A stretch of 64,000 nucleotides of DNA from Candidatus Poribacteria bacterium (GTDB taxonomy: Bacteria; Poribacteria; WGA-4E; PCPOR2b), in the NCBI GenBank assembly GCA_965218095.1, contig OZ244587.1, positions 5,728,001 through 5,792,000 on the forward strand, given 5' to 3'. Positions 40,001 to 50,506 of the stretch are shown piece after piece. Position 1 is the first letter of the stretch. The number at the start of each line of letters is the position of its first letter. The notes under the pieces are model-generated. The model did not search any database. It was not told the DNA's origin and worked only from the letters and a program-made list of their open reading frames with translations. Both the position numbers and the translations under genes were made by a program.

Positions 40001-41971
40001 TGGATAAAACCGACCCGGTTTTATAATAGGTATATACTCTACAAAGGCGATACCCAGAATCGAAACCTCACCAATCGCAGCTTTGCCCTTTGGATGTCCA
40101 GCAGTAACGCGATCCGGTTCAGTGCTTCGCCAGACGGATGGCAGGAAATCAGCACCTCTTCGCCTAGGGGCGTGGTCTTGCCCAATAGATGGCATCACAT
40201 CGCAGGTGTACTGGATACGCAGGCAGGCTTGATGAAACTCTACATTGACGGCCTAGCGGTCGCCAGTCGGAGTTTTCCGAAGAAACCAGTCTATAAAAGC
40301 CAACTCCCGCTCCGCATCGGTTTCGGTTGGGAGGAACCCAGCCAGGTCTCCTTCAAGGGGGAACTTGCCGACGTTCGTATCTGGAATACCGTACGCACGA
40401 CTCAAGAGATTCAATCTCACATGAATGTTACCTTGACGGGTGACGAACCCGGTTTAGTGGGCTTTGTGCAGCAATTCGGTGAGAGCGTTGATACGCCGCC
40501 AAACCACCTTAGCGGAAGGTTTGTTAGCGACGTGGAGGTTGTCAGTTATACCCGTCCCCTTTTTGCTATGGTGACCGCAGAACATCTAACGAAAGCGGCG
40601 GCGGCATACGAAAAAGTGCTCGCACTGGAGCCGAGAGCGTATTCGCTCTACGAGACGCTGGCGAAGACTTATTTCAGGTTGAATCGAGTCGACCATGCCG
40701 CGGCGACCTATCGTAGGGCGATTGATGCACCGCTTGCTCATACTCATGTTTATAGAAAAATCGGTTTCCGCGGAAAGGACTTTGAGGAGACGCTTGATCA
40801 GAGCAAACGTGATTCAGTTATTCGCCTTTTGTGGCGGCTCTACGCCGACCGCTCCCAGTTTGAGAAGGGCATTGCAACCCTTGAAGCACTCAAGCCGAAG
40901 ATGGCGTCCAATGCCACACTGAATAAACTGCTCGGCGACGCCTACAAGGAGGTGGGTGATAGTGAAAAGTCCGATGCTGCTTACGCCAAATGGGTTGAGA
41001 TACACTATATCGACCAATACAGTTACTCTAATCTTGCCTCACAACTGCTTGATATGGAGTTCATGCCCGAACAGGCGGTTAAATTCGCAAAACTCGCCGG
41101 CTCGGACACGACCGATTTGAGCCTGCTTGGACGCGCCTATCTCGCCAACAGACAGTACGTTGAAGCATTAGAGGAATTTAAGCACAGACTGAGCAACCCT
41201 GCTATCTTGACGCGGATTGGTTACTGGTCGAGTACGACTCTTGAGGACGCTTACGTTCAACTGTGGTTGGATATTGCGGCGGCGGGTAGGCGGGCAAAAG
41301 ACAGGGCGCGCTATATTGAGATGATAGAAAACTTGGTGAACGCCGTGCCGGACAATCCGACGATTCAACTCCACGCCAATCTGGAACTTTCAAAATTGTA
41401 CCATGAACAGGTGCAACTGGATAAAAGCCGAGAACATCTGAATAGAACCGGCATGATTACCGGAAATGCGTTGTGGATTATCGGTCCATTTGACAACAGC
41501 GATGGAAACGGTTACAGGGCAGCGTACATTCCAGAAGGTACGCCCCAGCTTGACACCACAGTGACCTACCCTGAGAAGATGGGTGCGGAACAACAGCTCG
41601 CTTGGAAACAGCTAGGCGCGGAAAATGTCTCCGCCGCCGGCTCAGTTGCGCTCGGCAAACTCTTCGACGGAGAAGTTGATTCAGGGACAGCGTATGCGAC
41701 AACGACGATGGACGTGCCGACTGAACGCACTGCCCAAATTCGATTCGGAAGTGACGGCCAAATAAAGTTTTGGCTCGACAGTAAGGAAATCTTCGCACGC
41801 GATACATCGCATTTGGCAGTTGTCGATGGGGATATAATTCCTGTTACACTCAATGCGGGTGATAATCGGATACTCGTCAAAGTATGTAGGACTGGGCTTC
41901 CTTGGCGATTCTATCTGCGGATCACGGACACGAACGGGAAGCCATTTGAGGATTTGGAGTTTGGGAAATAA
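31097..41971 (+). CDS. Giant secreted TPR protein (3624 aa) with LamG-like domain and C-terminal beta-sandwich (WIIGPF...GSDG) domain
   Basis: SD aaggagg, signal peptide and dozens of TPRs. LamG: LTVEAWIKP, WHHIAGV, KLYIDG, FKGELADVRIWN. C-terminal module: LWIIGPFDN...AYATT...FGSDGQIKFWLD. Confidence 0.92.
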   Translation: MFERQKQRIVFVLCLSCLVPVLSPIARGQDEAVDEKIMERYKQMLSRKPKEGKEGSPFDRLYKLYLDGPGLEQMVADYRAEAQVEPDNPNTQLILGHIYKRLGRDGEALAAYKRAVALAPADYYPHSVLGQMYFTLRRHEDAIGVLTQAAALFQQLDSVASTEELLSIYKSLGRAYFNRDRVDEAIAAWGKISELDPTNIFVRIELAELFCEQKLYERAIEQHRVLIQIKQDDPYRICLSLREIGSIQEEMDDYRKAMSTYDAALVLTVTDNWLRKDLQRRIIAIYAATGDWDGLIEYYQKKLADTPNDPELMSLLADAYLENEQVDEGIAQYRKSVELVPTSAPVRQKLIAALRRAEKFAEAAAEYETLTVQLPDDFGIYRSLGALYLQLEQPARARAAYERMLARNPENASTHLTLAEIYAGHEWFDEAIAAYEKAIALAPANLDYIEYLGEFYFRRGDREKTVETWNRLVEGERAVAQNYDRLAQLLNAKDFQAEAVTASRKAVKLAPTKYQYREALAKRLIEAKNFDEAITQFTEATKHASNDFFAEQMAEQQIEVYRQQGVLEDKVAELEAQPQRFDGQKLLAKMYLRLKNTTAAAEALEKALPLNSDDVPVNRSLAEIYVQLRRHDNAKAAYARLIALDSGNAREYHAELARLHLGMMDFDAAKEAAKQVLAHSPRNPKGHQILAEIALKAGDYLSGVESLKQAVRLRPEATKIRVELAEAYKLADNPRQAVGQYWRCWELSDNLNDKLGFVKLLSDAYYDMGRQQEFTEKLQQMSKTNPSDIAPVLAFAELYRIEGDLSASRTQLARALDRDSENSELLSQLVDVSLKLGETQDALTYQQRLVAVEPDALNQQRLGKLLFDVGREQEAVQVWTKLLHAKNQTLEALMKLAELLIQYDLRPLAFSALDRIAEQVHKPKAVYRLGAILVEMGELERARPYFERILQMPKPQSPKNAKPISQPSLSVQDPLWRIRNTIHSVEQRLDSHGGVIFLSQGQGIWLPSSFEDTQAAALAQLIRIARQREELQELINGFEAEAAANPKDLQLLERLLYVYTMTYNDKKAVEVVNRLVTLSPDDPTYRDMQFQFVMQDHNPDYETVQGYLAQIPATIPQVHLQYTTQSTMRFLQVGKKSAAEKLLAQFKNEKMTDLATGTMLITAFSQLGDTETAEKMLAHFPVPTPPVLQPSAPLSAINRSQMWQQYTNIYQALAGAYIDKGETDKGVEVLWSLFERTQPNINTSHWMASSAYSRWRTSSSTPLYPAPNTYYDRNRFELLRQLFGYLWLKDQLDILYTKLQMAFEQGNRRERIFSGLALSYCYWWEGRRDESQQLLETMRAKNNGDLTLKLHMPLVLIQTGKQEAAISLLTKLADSDPRNRLQYIALVFRLALQRGNTTKIRELVMNLLNSPASVRELHQFSERLHEVGLTQYAIAIAKKAADLAMGQNDLNSLSMLSQHLEALGRGQEAAALAKRVARLTKHRIRPGQAIHPRRQATRLSPREALQREPRLVEAAEKHPNSFQAQADLAALYESTNQTKKAIPVLAKAVALRPKNSRLRKRYAGALQRDKQMDKAVEQYSIVLREDPSVFVNHDIVGSPINIFMEAGKLNELVAVAKEMIASSGGWYETNFAEVVARKCVQNNAPKLAIEFYEKLIEVRPSNFDFYLRLSHAYTAVGERERAIECVRDGLKVSISSSKNQHQQERLVSRLIKLSRGTKTFSTLIADFEAQLATKPNNLSLTWLIAYMHIKARQLEASDIFVAKLLGSEQKIIEYSSGMDPQWFTMLADAYRQVGDHKRQMKLLEAVIEKVEHQMALWDFRGITSFYLYRQLGATYVQNGKKEKAQQLFRKIIPIRMALSWDINNEKQRIAELYMRLEMWDDAETLFTEIANNFFVHGHGKQRAQKGLIKIRKERGDLPATPQPAKKIEGIDIRLQRKKAEEYTWRGEIEKAVGIYKQLIAKMPEDHRSHAALARLYSKQSRHDEAISTWRSLLKVDPENTQYRSGLAEAYRAAGMFPEALEIVQKLIAENPSTAYYSQLALVYIVGNRFNDAIKAYQKGIELTPNDWRVYKDLAQLYAQTGDLETAEKTYKTALQLTRNESERRTINKQLAEVYLQQSELEEALKKMEAEGVLTFARLEKLAQKYHKQGKLEEAAMAYKKAFGMAPGNWYRNKIVQQLFHIYRKQGSLEEILAKAEGADTPAAEINIELQKTLAKEYMEMGEIEKAIEVAKQVIVRNPEDHKFRAALAKFYTGHKMHDEAIVVLKKLIEADPKNKRYRDQLASAYRAANRLDDAVSTYRKAIELNPGNRWLHTQLARLYIQKGDIDAAEKMYKTALQFPDEESGRIYEELGQLYMRKGDFDAAEKTYKEVRMYRELGKLYIQKGDIDAAEQTYKKAGMYRELGKLYIQKGDIDAAEKAYKKAVEFRNKESGRVYDELGQLYTQKDDIDAAEKAYKKAVKFTKGNWERRRIERQLMEFYRQQGKLADVLKKAEAEGTLTFEMLRAQAREYRSQGKLEEAATAYKKVLGLINTQNWEHRNISWELLTMYQQQSNWEEAFKRAEAEGILTSEMVHQQGQAYRKQGKLEEAITTYKKAIEMTTQNSRHSAFDSELLSLYIEIGDVDAAVKLYEISPSQSHFEQTSGESFSYTPSGIKTHLLGDSARKQIIEWYKQQGKLHELVTYFESRFKQKPESPAIVEILAEAYNHQNEHAKAAEKYQQLSRLQPAKLRTFYLAAAAFNRSGQPERTKEMLQQGATGLAGHRRAQRSVDSRLLGTIATICIDGELYDTAITFAEDAITEARRRGDGWVLNFIYPVLGKAFIDTKRYEETANAYYQLRDSAENRRILNEADAALQKLYKVDENLFDQLVAKRIEAVEANPDDADAHYALAQTYESNGKLDEAIAVYEKLSELQSNNVEWLMTLGDLYQQPRETAKSVEGNGLRLNDNGSFVELNDNAVLNAIRTQLTVEAWIKPTRFYNRYILYKGDTQNRNLTNRSFALWMSSSNAIRFSASPDGWQEISTSSPRGVVLPNRWHHIAGVLDTQAGLMKLYIDGLAVASRSFPKKPVYKSQLPLRIGFGWEEPSQVSFKGELADVRIWNTVRTTQEIQSHMNVTLTGDEPGLVGFVQQFGESVDTPPNHLSGRFVSDVEVVSYTRPLFAMVTAEHLTKAAAAYEKVLALEPRAYSLYETLAKTYFRLNRVDHAAATYRRAIDAPLAHTHVYRKIGFRGKDFEETLDQSKRDSVIRLLWRLYADRSQFEKGIATLEALKPKMASNATLNKLLGDAYKEVGDSEKSDAAYAKWVEIHYIDQYSYSNLASQLLDMEFMPEQAVKFAKLAGSDTTDLSLLGRAYLANRQYVEALEEFKHRLSNPAILTRIGYWSSTTLEDAYVQLWLDIAAAGRRAKDRARYIEMIENLVNAVPDNPTIQLHANLELSKLYHEQVQLDKSREHLNRTGMITGNALWIIGPFDNSDGNGYRAAYIPEGTPQLDTTVTYPEKMGAEQQLAWKQLGAENVSAAGSVALGKLFDGEVDSGTAYATTTMDVPTERTAQIRFGSDGQIKFWLDSKEIFARDTSHLAVVDGDIIPVTLNAGDNRILVKVCRTGLPWRFYLRITDTNGKPFEDLEFGK
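38209..38364 (+). repeat. 78-bp tandem repeat encoding shortened 26-aa TPR units
   Basis: MYRELGKLYIQKGDIDAAE.(T/A)YKKA x2, with related units across 38040-38480. Confidence 0.8.
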
Positions 41972-42177
41972 CGTGGCTGATTAAACTAATCTTCCTCATG
42001 TCCGTTTCCTCATGTCCGTCTTGAAACTTTAAGAAAGTCTTAAGTAAGTTATAATTTCTTTCATCTACATGGATCCGCGCCAGGAGCGGAGTCCCTAGAC
42101 TGAAAGTTAAACAAACTATTTATAAAATACTTATGCCATCTTCCAACCACACCTAATTCTCTCAAGGAGGAACTCTC

Positions 42178-45100
42178 ATGTTTGAACGTCAAAAACAACG
42201 GATAGTCTTTGTCCTATGTCTCTCCTGTCTCGTACCTGTTCTCTCACCGATTGCCCGTGGTCAAGACGAGGCGGTTGATGAAAAAATCGTGGAGCGCTAT
42301 AAGCAGATGCTGGGTCGCAAACCGAAAGAGGGCAGTACGTTTGACCGCCTGTATCAATTCTACCTCGAAGGTGCCGGTTTGGATACTATGGTCGCCGATT
42401 ATCAGGGGGCGGCAGAAGCCAAGCCGGGCAATCCGAACCTTCAGTTGATTCTGGGACACATCTACAAACGGCTCGGCAAAGATGCGGAGACAATCGCGGC
42501 ATACCAACGCGCTGTCGAACTCGCACCGAACGATTATTATCCACCCTTTGTCCTTGGACAGATGTATGCGACGTTGCGTCGACATGAAGAAGCGATTGCT
42601 GCGCTCACGAAGGCGGCAGACCTCTCAACGACATCGCGGGCTGCCACTCCCGATGAGTTGATGGCAATCTATAAGGCGCTCGGACGCTCCTATTTCCGTC
42701 GCGATCGGATAGATGAGGCGATTGCCGCGTGGGGTAAAATTGCCCAACTCGACCCGCAGAACATCTTCTCCCGCATCGAGTTAGCGGATTTGTTTCGTGA
42801 AGGTGAACTTTACACCCAAGCCATCGAACAGCACGAGGCTATCGTCAAATTGAAGCGGGATGACCCGTATCGCGTCTGCCTGAGTCTGTGGGAAATCGGG
42901 AAAATTCAGGAGGATGTGGGGGAATACGCCGCCGCCATTGAAAGCTATGACAAAGCCCTCGCATTGACGGGGCAGGGGAATTGGCTGCGAAAAGACCTTC
43001 AGGGGCGAATTATCGGCATCTACGCCGCCGACGGGAATTGGGAGGGCCTAATCTCGCACCATCAAGGCAAACTCGCCGAAACACCAAATGACGTGGAGTT
43101 AATCGGTTTGCTTGCCAATGCATATATCGAGAATCAGCAGATCGACGAAGGGGTCGCCGAGTACCGAAAGGGATTGGAACTTGCCCCGACGGATGCTGGA
43201 CTCCGCCTGAACCTCATCACCGCTTTCCGTAACGCCGAGAGATTTGAAGAAGCGGCGGCGGAATATGAGACCCTCAGTGAGGGACAGCCTGACGATTTCG
43301 GTATCTACCGCGAACTCGGCGAGTTGTATCTGCAACTGGAGGATGAAAACCGGGTGAAGGGGGCCTATCAGCGGATGATTGACCGCGACCCGGATAACGC
43401 CGGAACGCGCCTCATCCTCGCCGAAATTTGCGCCGGGCATGAATGGATGGATGATGCCGTTACGGAATATGAGAAGGCAATATCTCTCGCGCCCGACAAC
43501 CTTGATTACATCGAGTATTTCGGGGAATTCTACTTCCATCAGGGAAATCGGGAAAAGACGGTGGAAACGTGGAATCGGATGGTCGCCGAAGACCATCCGA
43601 TTGCCGAAAATTATGACCGCCTCGCGCAGCTGCTTGACACAAAGGATTTCCGGACCGAAGCCATCGCCGCAAGTCGAAAGGCGGTCGAGTTGGCGCCCGA
43701 TGCGTACCGCTACCGTGAGGCGTTGGCGCGGCGGCTGATGGAGAACAAGGAGTACGACGAAGCGTTGATGGAATACGCGGAAGCCGCGAAACTCGCGCCC
43801 AACGAATTTTTCGCCGAGCAGATGGCTGACCAGCGAATCGAACTCTATCGGCGTCAAGGAACGCTCGTGGAGAAACTGGAAACGTTGGAGGCAGCACCTG
43901 AAACTTTCGACCAGCAGAAGCAACTCGCCAAGATGTACCTCAAGTTGGGCAATATCTCCTACGCCATTGAAGTTTTGACAAAAGCGAAAGCACTTCAACC
44001 CGATGATGTGCCCGTCAACCGTTGGCTCGCGGAGGTCTACGCCCAACAAGGGCGGCGCGATGAAGCGGTCGCCATCTACACCCACCTCGTCGAGGTTGAT
44101 AGCGCGAATGCACGGGAATATTATGCGAACATTGCGCGGTCCCGTCTGAACGTGATGGATTTTGATGCGGCAACAGCGGCGGCGAAGTAGACGGTCGCGC
44201 ACAGTCCACGCAATCCCGAAGGGCATCAGATGCTTGCGGAAATCGCCAAGCAGTCCGGGAATTATGAAACTGCGGCCGACAGCCTCAAGCAGGCGATCCG
44301 GCTTCGCCCGGAAGCCACCGACATCCGCGCGGAGCTGGCGGAGATTTACAAACTTTCGGGCAACCCCCGACAGGCACTTGAGCAGTACTGGCGGTGTTGG
44401 GAGTTGAGCGAGAACATGAACGACAAGCTCGCCTTCGTCAAATCACTCTCCGAGGCATATTACGACTTGGGACGGGGCGGCGAGTTTGAAGAGAAGTTGA
44501 AGCAGATGTCGAAAGTCAACACGTCCAGCATAGGACCCGTCTTAGCATTGGCGGAGGTCTATCAGATGGAAGGCGACCTCCCCAGCGCACGATTCCAACT
44601 GGCGCGGGCATTAGAGCGGAAGCGCGAAAATCCGGATCTGTTGGCGCAACTGGTCGAAATCAGTATCGACCTTGGCGATACTCAGGACGCGCTGACCTAT
44701 CAACAGCGGCTCGTCAAAGCACAACCAGACCCCGCCCATCAACAACGACTCGGCGAGTTGTTGTTCGATGTCGGGCGGGAGCAGGAGGCGATTCAGGCAT
44801 GGACAAAGTTACTGCACGCGAAAAATCAGACGCTTGAGGCAGGGGTCAAACTTGCAACGTTGCTGATTCGGCACGGCCTGCTGGATGAGGCGCTTTCCGC
44901 CCTCGACCGTGCGAGCGAAAAGGTGACGGATGCGAAGACGATTTATCAGGTTGGCGTGGCGTTGGTTGAGATGAATGAATTAGACCGCGCTCGACCGCAC
45001 TTCCAGCAGATTCTGGAGCTATCCAAACCGCCTGAAAACGCGACGCAGAATGTCACAGCCCACTCACCTCGACCGACCTACGGCCCCCCCGGATTCAATA

Positions 45101-48100
45101 TGCACAAATTCAATCTCGCACAAAGCCTCGTCTGGCAGATTCAGCGGCAACCGTTTGGGGGCGGAAGCGGACAGGCGTGGATGCCGAACAGTTTTGAGGA
45201 GGCGCAAGCCGGTGCGCTTGTGCAGTTGACTACCATCGCACAGCAGCAGGGAAAACTGGGTGAACTCATCCAGCAATTCGAGGCGGCTGCCGACGCGAAT
45301 CCGAAGGACATCCAGACGCTCGAAACGTTGGCGCAGATCTACACCCTCACGGAGAACACCAATAAGATTAAGGAAATTACCGATCGGCTGATTGCCGCTT
45401 CACCGAACGATCCGGTGTATCAAGGCATGCGGTTGAGTCAGTCAATGCAGCAGAATCTTGACTCTGAAACGGTGAAAAAATACCTCGACGAAATGACCGG
45501 ATTGACGCCCGAAGCACGGCTCTGGTATATCGCAGCATACGCCGGCATGCTCTATGATCAAGGAAGGAAGGCGGACGCCGAAAAACTGTTGGACAAACTT
45601 GACGCTGCAAAAGTGACCGACCTCAACACCGGTTCGATGCTGGTCAGTGCATTCACACAGATGGGCAAGATTGACGTGGCGGAGAAAATCCTCGCCCAAC
45701 TTCCGATTCCAGGGATCCTGGCAGGTCCCCAAACTTCGATGATGGGACCACCATCGCTCGCGCAGCAACGGTGGCGGCAGTATCGTGCCATCTACCAGAC
45801 CCTCGCTACCGCTTATGTCCGCGAAGGAGAGACCGATAAGGCGATTGAAATCTTCTGGACGTTCTTTGACCGTACCAAACCAACAGCGACAAACGCCCGG
45901 CGCGTTGCGACACTCGCATACTCGTCGCACTCCTACAGCGGCTACACACCGCTTTTGTCGAGCTATCCATCGCCGACGACTTACTACAATCAAGCCCGTT
46001 TGGAGTATCTCCAGGGGGGTTTCAGCCAGTTTTGGACGAAGAATCAGCAGGAAGCGTTATACGCCAAATTCCAGACCAAGTTGGATGCCGCTGAAGGCAA
46101 AAACCGCATCTATCCCGGTTTGGCACTGAGTTACTGCTATTGGTGGGAAGGGAAGCGCGACAAAGCGCAGGAGGTCCTCTTGGCGTTGCAGAATGAATTT
46201 CCGGATGATCTCACGCTCAAGCTCAACACCGTTTTCGTCTCAATCCAGACCGGACAACACGGGACGACGCTGGAATTGCTTGATGAACTCGCCGGGGTAG
46301 ACCCGCGAAATCGCCGTCAGTATTATGACCTCTCGCTACAGCTTGCCGCACATATAGGCAACACCGTCAAGGTGCGCGAGTTGATGACGAAGGTGCTGAA
46401 TTCGCCGGTTAGGGTCCGTGAACTTTATCAGTTTTCGCAAAAACTCCAGCAGAGCGGTCTAACACAATACGCCATCGCTGTTGCCAAGAAAGCAATGACT
46501 TTGGCGATGGGGCAACGCGACCCGAATTTCCTGATGGAATTGAGTAGGCACTTAGAGGAGCTCGGTCGGGGGCAGGATGCGGCGCTCATCGCTGAACGCG
46601 CAATGCGTTTCGCCAACCAACGTGACCGGTACGGTCAGACCTTGCACTCGTGGAGTTTCCAGCAGGCGGCGCATCTAGTTGGTCGCTCCAAAGCCGTGCG
46701 AGAGCGCGAACCCCAGTTAGTCGAAGCCGCCGAAAAGAATCCGGATTCATTCCAGACACAGGTCAGATTGGCGACGTTCTACGAAAGCACGAATCAGGTC
46801 AAAAAGGCGGCGGCGGCCTTCGATGCGGCACTCGCCCTGCGTCCCAAGGATAACATGACCCGTCAGCGGTACGCCCAGATGTTGCAGCGTAGTGGGCAAG
46901 CAGCAGATGCCGTAACCCAATACATGACGCTCCTCAAAGATAACCCGAATGCACTCGGTTACAACTATTGGGAGGTGATGGAAACCTTCTTCGCGGCAGG
47001 CAAAGTCGATGAACTGGTTTCGCTAGCGAAGGGGATGATTGCACCATCCGTCGGACAAAACTTCGGCGACAATTTCGCGCAAGATGTGGCACGGCAGTGT
47101 ATCGACAATAACAACCCCAAAGCGGCGGTCGAAATCTACGAAAAGATAATCGAAGTCCAGTCGAATCGGCACAACATGTATACTGACCTAGCGTCCGCCT
47201 ACGCTGCCGCCGGTGAACGTGAGAAGGCGATCCAGTTCTTGCGCGAAAAGCTGGAAACTGAGGCTGCGAATATTTCGCAAGACCTGTACGCACAAGTGGG
47301 GATTGTATCAAAACTGACCGAGCTCTACAAGGCATCCGGTGAGATAGAAGGCTTGGCGACGGAATATGAGGCCAAACTCGCCGAGAAGCCGGAGGATCCG
47401 TCGTTGCTCTATCTCGTAGCGTCAATGAAGATTGCGGCGAATGACCTCGAAGGGTCGGACGCGCTCGTTAATCAACTGCTTGATGATGAAGCTGTGTCAA
47501 TAAACACAGAGTGGTTGAACGGTTTGGCAGACGCCTACCGCAGCGTCGGTGACCGCGGCCGTGAACTCCGTCTGCTTGAGGCGGGGGCGAAAAATCTCGG
47601 CTCGCAGAATTGGTGGAGACTTTCGGAGACCTACCAGAAACTCGGTACAGCCTATGCCCAAAGGGATGAAAAGGAGAAGGCGAAGGACACCTTCCGAAAG
47701 ATGGGGATGATGCGTCTGATGATGTATGGCGGGGGAGGCGGTGCGTTCTGGCAGAAACAGGGGATTGCCGACCTGTATATGCAGCATGAGATGTGGGACG
47801 ACGCTGAAGCAATGTACACAGAGGTCCTGAATGATCTGTCAGCGCAGCAGTATCATCGTGAACAGGTACAAGAGCGGCTGATGGAGATTCAGCAGCGTCG
47901 TGGTGGGCTTTCGACGACGACCCCAAAAATAGAACAGATGAATATCGGTATACAGCGGGCGATGGCGCAGCAATACATGCAGCGCAATGAACTTGAGAAA
48001 GCGGCGGAACTCTTTAAGGGGCTCATTGAGACGATGCCCGAAGATTTCGGATCCCGCGCACAACTCGCTCAGATCTATTCACGCCAAAACAAACACGATG

Positions 48101-50277
48101 CAGCGCTCGTCCAGTGGGAAATTTTGCTGACAGCCGACCCTGAGAACACGCAGTATCAGGATGGACTCGTGAATGCCTACCAGGCCGCAGGCAAGATCGC
48201 CGAATCCCTCAAACTAGCGCAAAAGTACATTGAAGCGGATGCAAGTGGTGTCACCTACGCTCGCCTTGCCCGAATTTACGCCGCGAGGGATCGGGTCGAT
48301 GACGCGATCAAGGCGTATCAAAAAGCGATCAAACTCAGTCCCGGCGATGGGAGGCTTTATCGCGAACTCGCACAGATTCATATGAAAAACGATGACCTTG
48401 ATTCCGCAGAAAAGACCTTTCAGGAAGCCCTGGAATACACCGGACAGGAGTGGGAGCGGCGTAACATTGAACGGCAAATGATAGAGCTCTATCGCCGTCA
48501 AGGCAGGTTGGAGGAGATGTTCCAGAGAGCCGAGGAAAAAGGAACGCTGACTTTCGAGATGCAGCTGGATCGTGCGCAAAACTTCCGCACTCAGGGCGAG
48601 TTGGAAAAGGCTGTGGAAGCCTATAAAAAGGCAATAGACATGACGACACAAAGTTGGGAGCGGACCCGGGTTTCAAACGAGTTGGTGCAGGTTTACGCCC
48701 GACTTGGAGAAAACGAGTTGGCGATCGAACTCTATGAAACGCTGTCGAGGTCGGGCGGCGGTGACGTAAGTATTAGCTTTTTAGGCGGCGGTTTTCAGGT
48801 CATGTTCCCTGGCGACCAAGCCCGTCAAACGTTGATCAACGCCTACAGCAGTCATGACAAACGCGAAGAATTGGCGACCTACCTTGAAAAGAGGCGCGAG
48901 ACAAATCCCGATAATCCGGCGATTCTCGAAATGATTGCGGAGGTTTATCGCAGCCATGGCAACCACGCGAAAGCGGCGGAAAGCTATCAAGCCCTCTGCA
49001 AATTGCAGCCGGGGAACATTCGGAGTTTCTATTATGCTGCCGTGGCTTTTACCCGGAGCGATCAGCCAGAGTTAGCAGAGGAGATGGTGAATCAGGGAGA
49101 GGCAGCACGCTCGACAAGCGTCAGGTGGAAGCAGGATATGTGGCGTTTAGCCGCGCTCGGCAATATCTGTCTTGAAGGGAAGCTATACGAAGCGGCGGTT
49201 ACGCTACTTGAAGACGCGACTGCGCAAAGTGGGCGCTACGGGGGAATGGGCGAGGAACGCCAGAATCTATACCGTATGCTCGGTCAGAGCTACGTGGGTG
49301 CAAAACGCTACGAGGAAGCCGCCCACGCTTATCAGCAGATGAGGAACATCGCCCAGGATGAGGCGGTGCGACGAGAAGCGCTGGAGGCGATACGCAAGGC
49401 GTATAAAGAGGGCGGCATTTACGACAAGCTGGTTGCGGAACGGTTGAAGGTGGCTGAGGCAAATTCCGATGACCCGGACGCCTACTACGCGCTCGCGCAG
49501 ACCTATCAATGGAATGTGATGAATGACGAGGCGATTGCGGCGTATGAACGTGCCGCCGAGTTGAATCCTAATAACACCGTCATCTTAGAACCATTGGTTC
49601 AGCTCTATGATAATGCAGTCCCTGAAAAGGCAAAAACCCTTTATAAACGCCTCATTGAATTGGCGGATACCCCCCACAATCGCCTCCAGAAACGGAGGAG
49701 CTTAGCTAATCTCCACAAACGTTTTGGGGAGATTGATCAAGTTGCTGCGCTGCTGAAAGACGCCGCCATCCATGCCCCAGAGCCGTTCGAACGGGAGATT
49801 GCCCTTCGAGGGCTTTGGAAACTTCAAGAAGAGATATCCCGTCTGCGTCAAGCAAATTTGATGAGCAAGCCCGCGGCTTCCTTTGCCTTGCGAGATCTGA
49901 GCGGCAAAGAAGTCAAGCTCTCTGATTTCAAAGGCAAAGTGGTCATTCTGAACTTCTGGGCAACGTGGTATCCGCCCTGCGTGAGGGAGATGCCACATTT
50001 CATCGCGCTTTACGAAGGGTATAAGGATCAAGGGTTTGCGGTGGTGGGCATCTCCGTCGATCGAGCAGGAGAGAATGTAATCAAGTCTTTCGTCGAGGAA
50101 CATCAGGTGACCTATCCCATCCTCATCGACGATCAGCGTGTGGCACAACGCTACGGTGGTATCTCTTCCGTTCCGACCACCTTCCTCATCAATAGGGAAG
50201 GAAAAATTGTAAGGCAGTATGTGGGCTACAGAGATAAATCTGTCTTTGAGAAAGACATTAAAGCCCTTCTTGACTAG
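42178..50277 (+). pseudogene. Giant secreted TPR protein paralog with C-terminal TlpA/thioredoxin-like domain; one in-frame TAG (44188-44190)
   Basis: ORFs 42178..44190 and 44230..50277 are in the same frame and colinear with the 31097 gene (AAK*TVAHSPRNP vs AAKQVLAHSPRNP). C-terminus LSDFKGKVVILNFWATWYPPC...VPTTFLINREG. Confidence 0.85.
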
Positions 50278-50382
50278 TACACGTCGGCAGAAATCATTAA
50301 CCGGTTGGTCAGTGAGGAGAAACCGAGTTTTTGCCAAAAACTCGGTTTCTAACTGGTAAAGGACTTCCGCCACGCTGCACTG
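50274..50382. mobile_element. MITE-like repeat, copy B (inverted relative to copy A), overlapping the TAG stop
   Basis: CTAGTACACGTCGGCAGAA...TTCCGCCACGCTGCAC; palindrome at 50318-50350. Confidence 0.7.
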
Positions 50383-50506
50383 TACGAGTGGCATACTTGC
50401 GGATTTGGCACTACATGTTGTGCGTCAAGACGAATTCCAAGCCTAATATGTTGTGATTAAAACCCAACATGACAAGGTATCACTAAAACATCGAAAGGAG
50501 AAAATC

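Noticed and set aside
44188-44190. TAG-to-Gln genetic code reassignment
   Set aside because: TAG is the true stop of panC, moxR, the 56408 gene, the FG-GAP gene and others, and in-frame TAGs co-occur with frameshifts and TGA lesions.
50395-50425. TTGGCAC as a sigma54 promoter
   Set aside because: No GC at the -12 position with the correct spacing.
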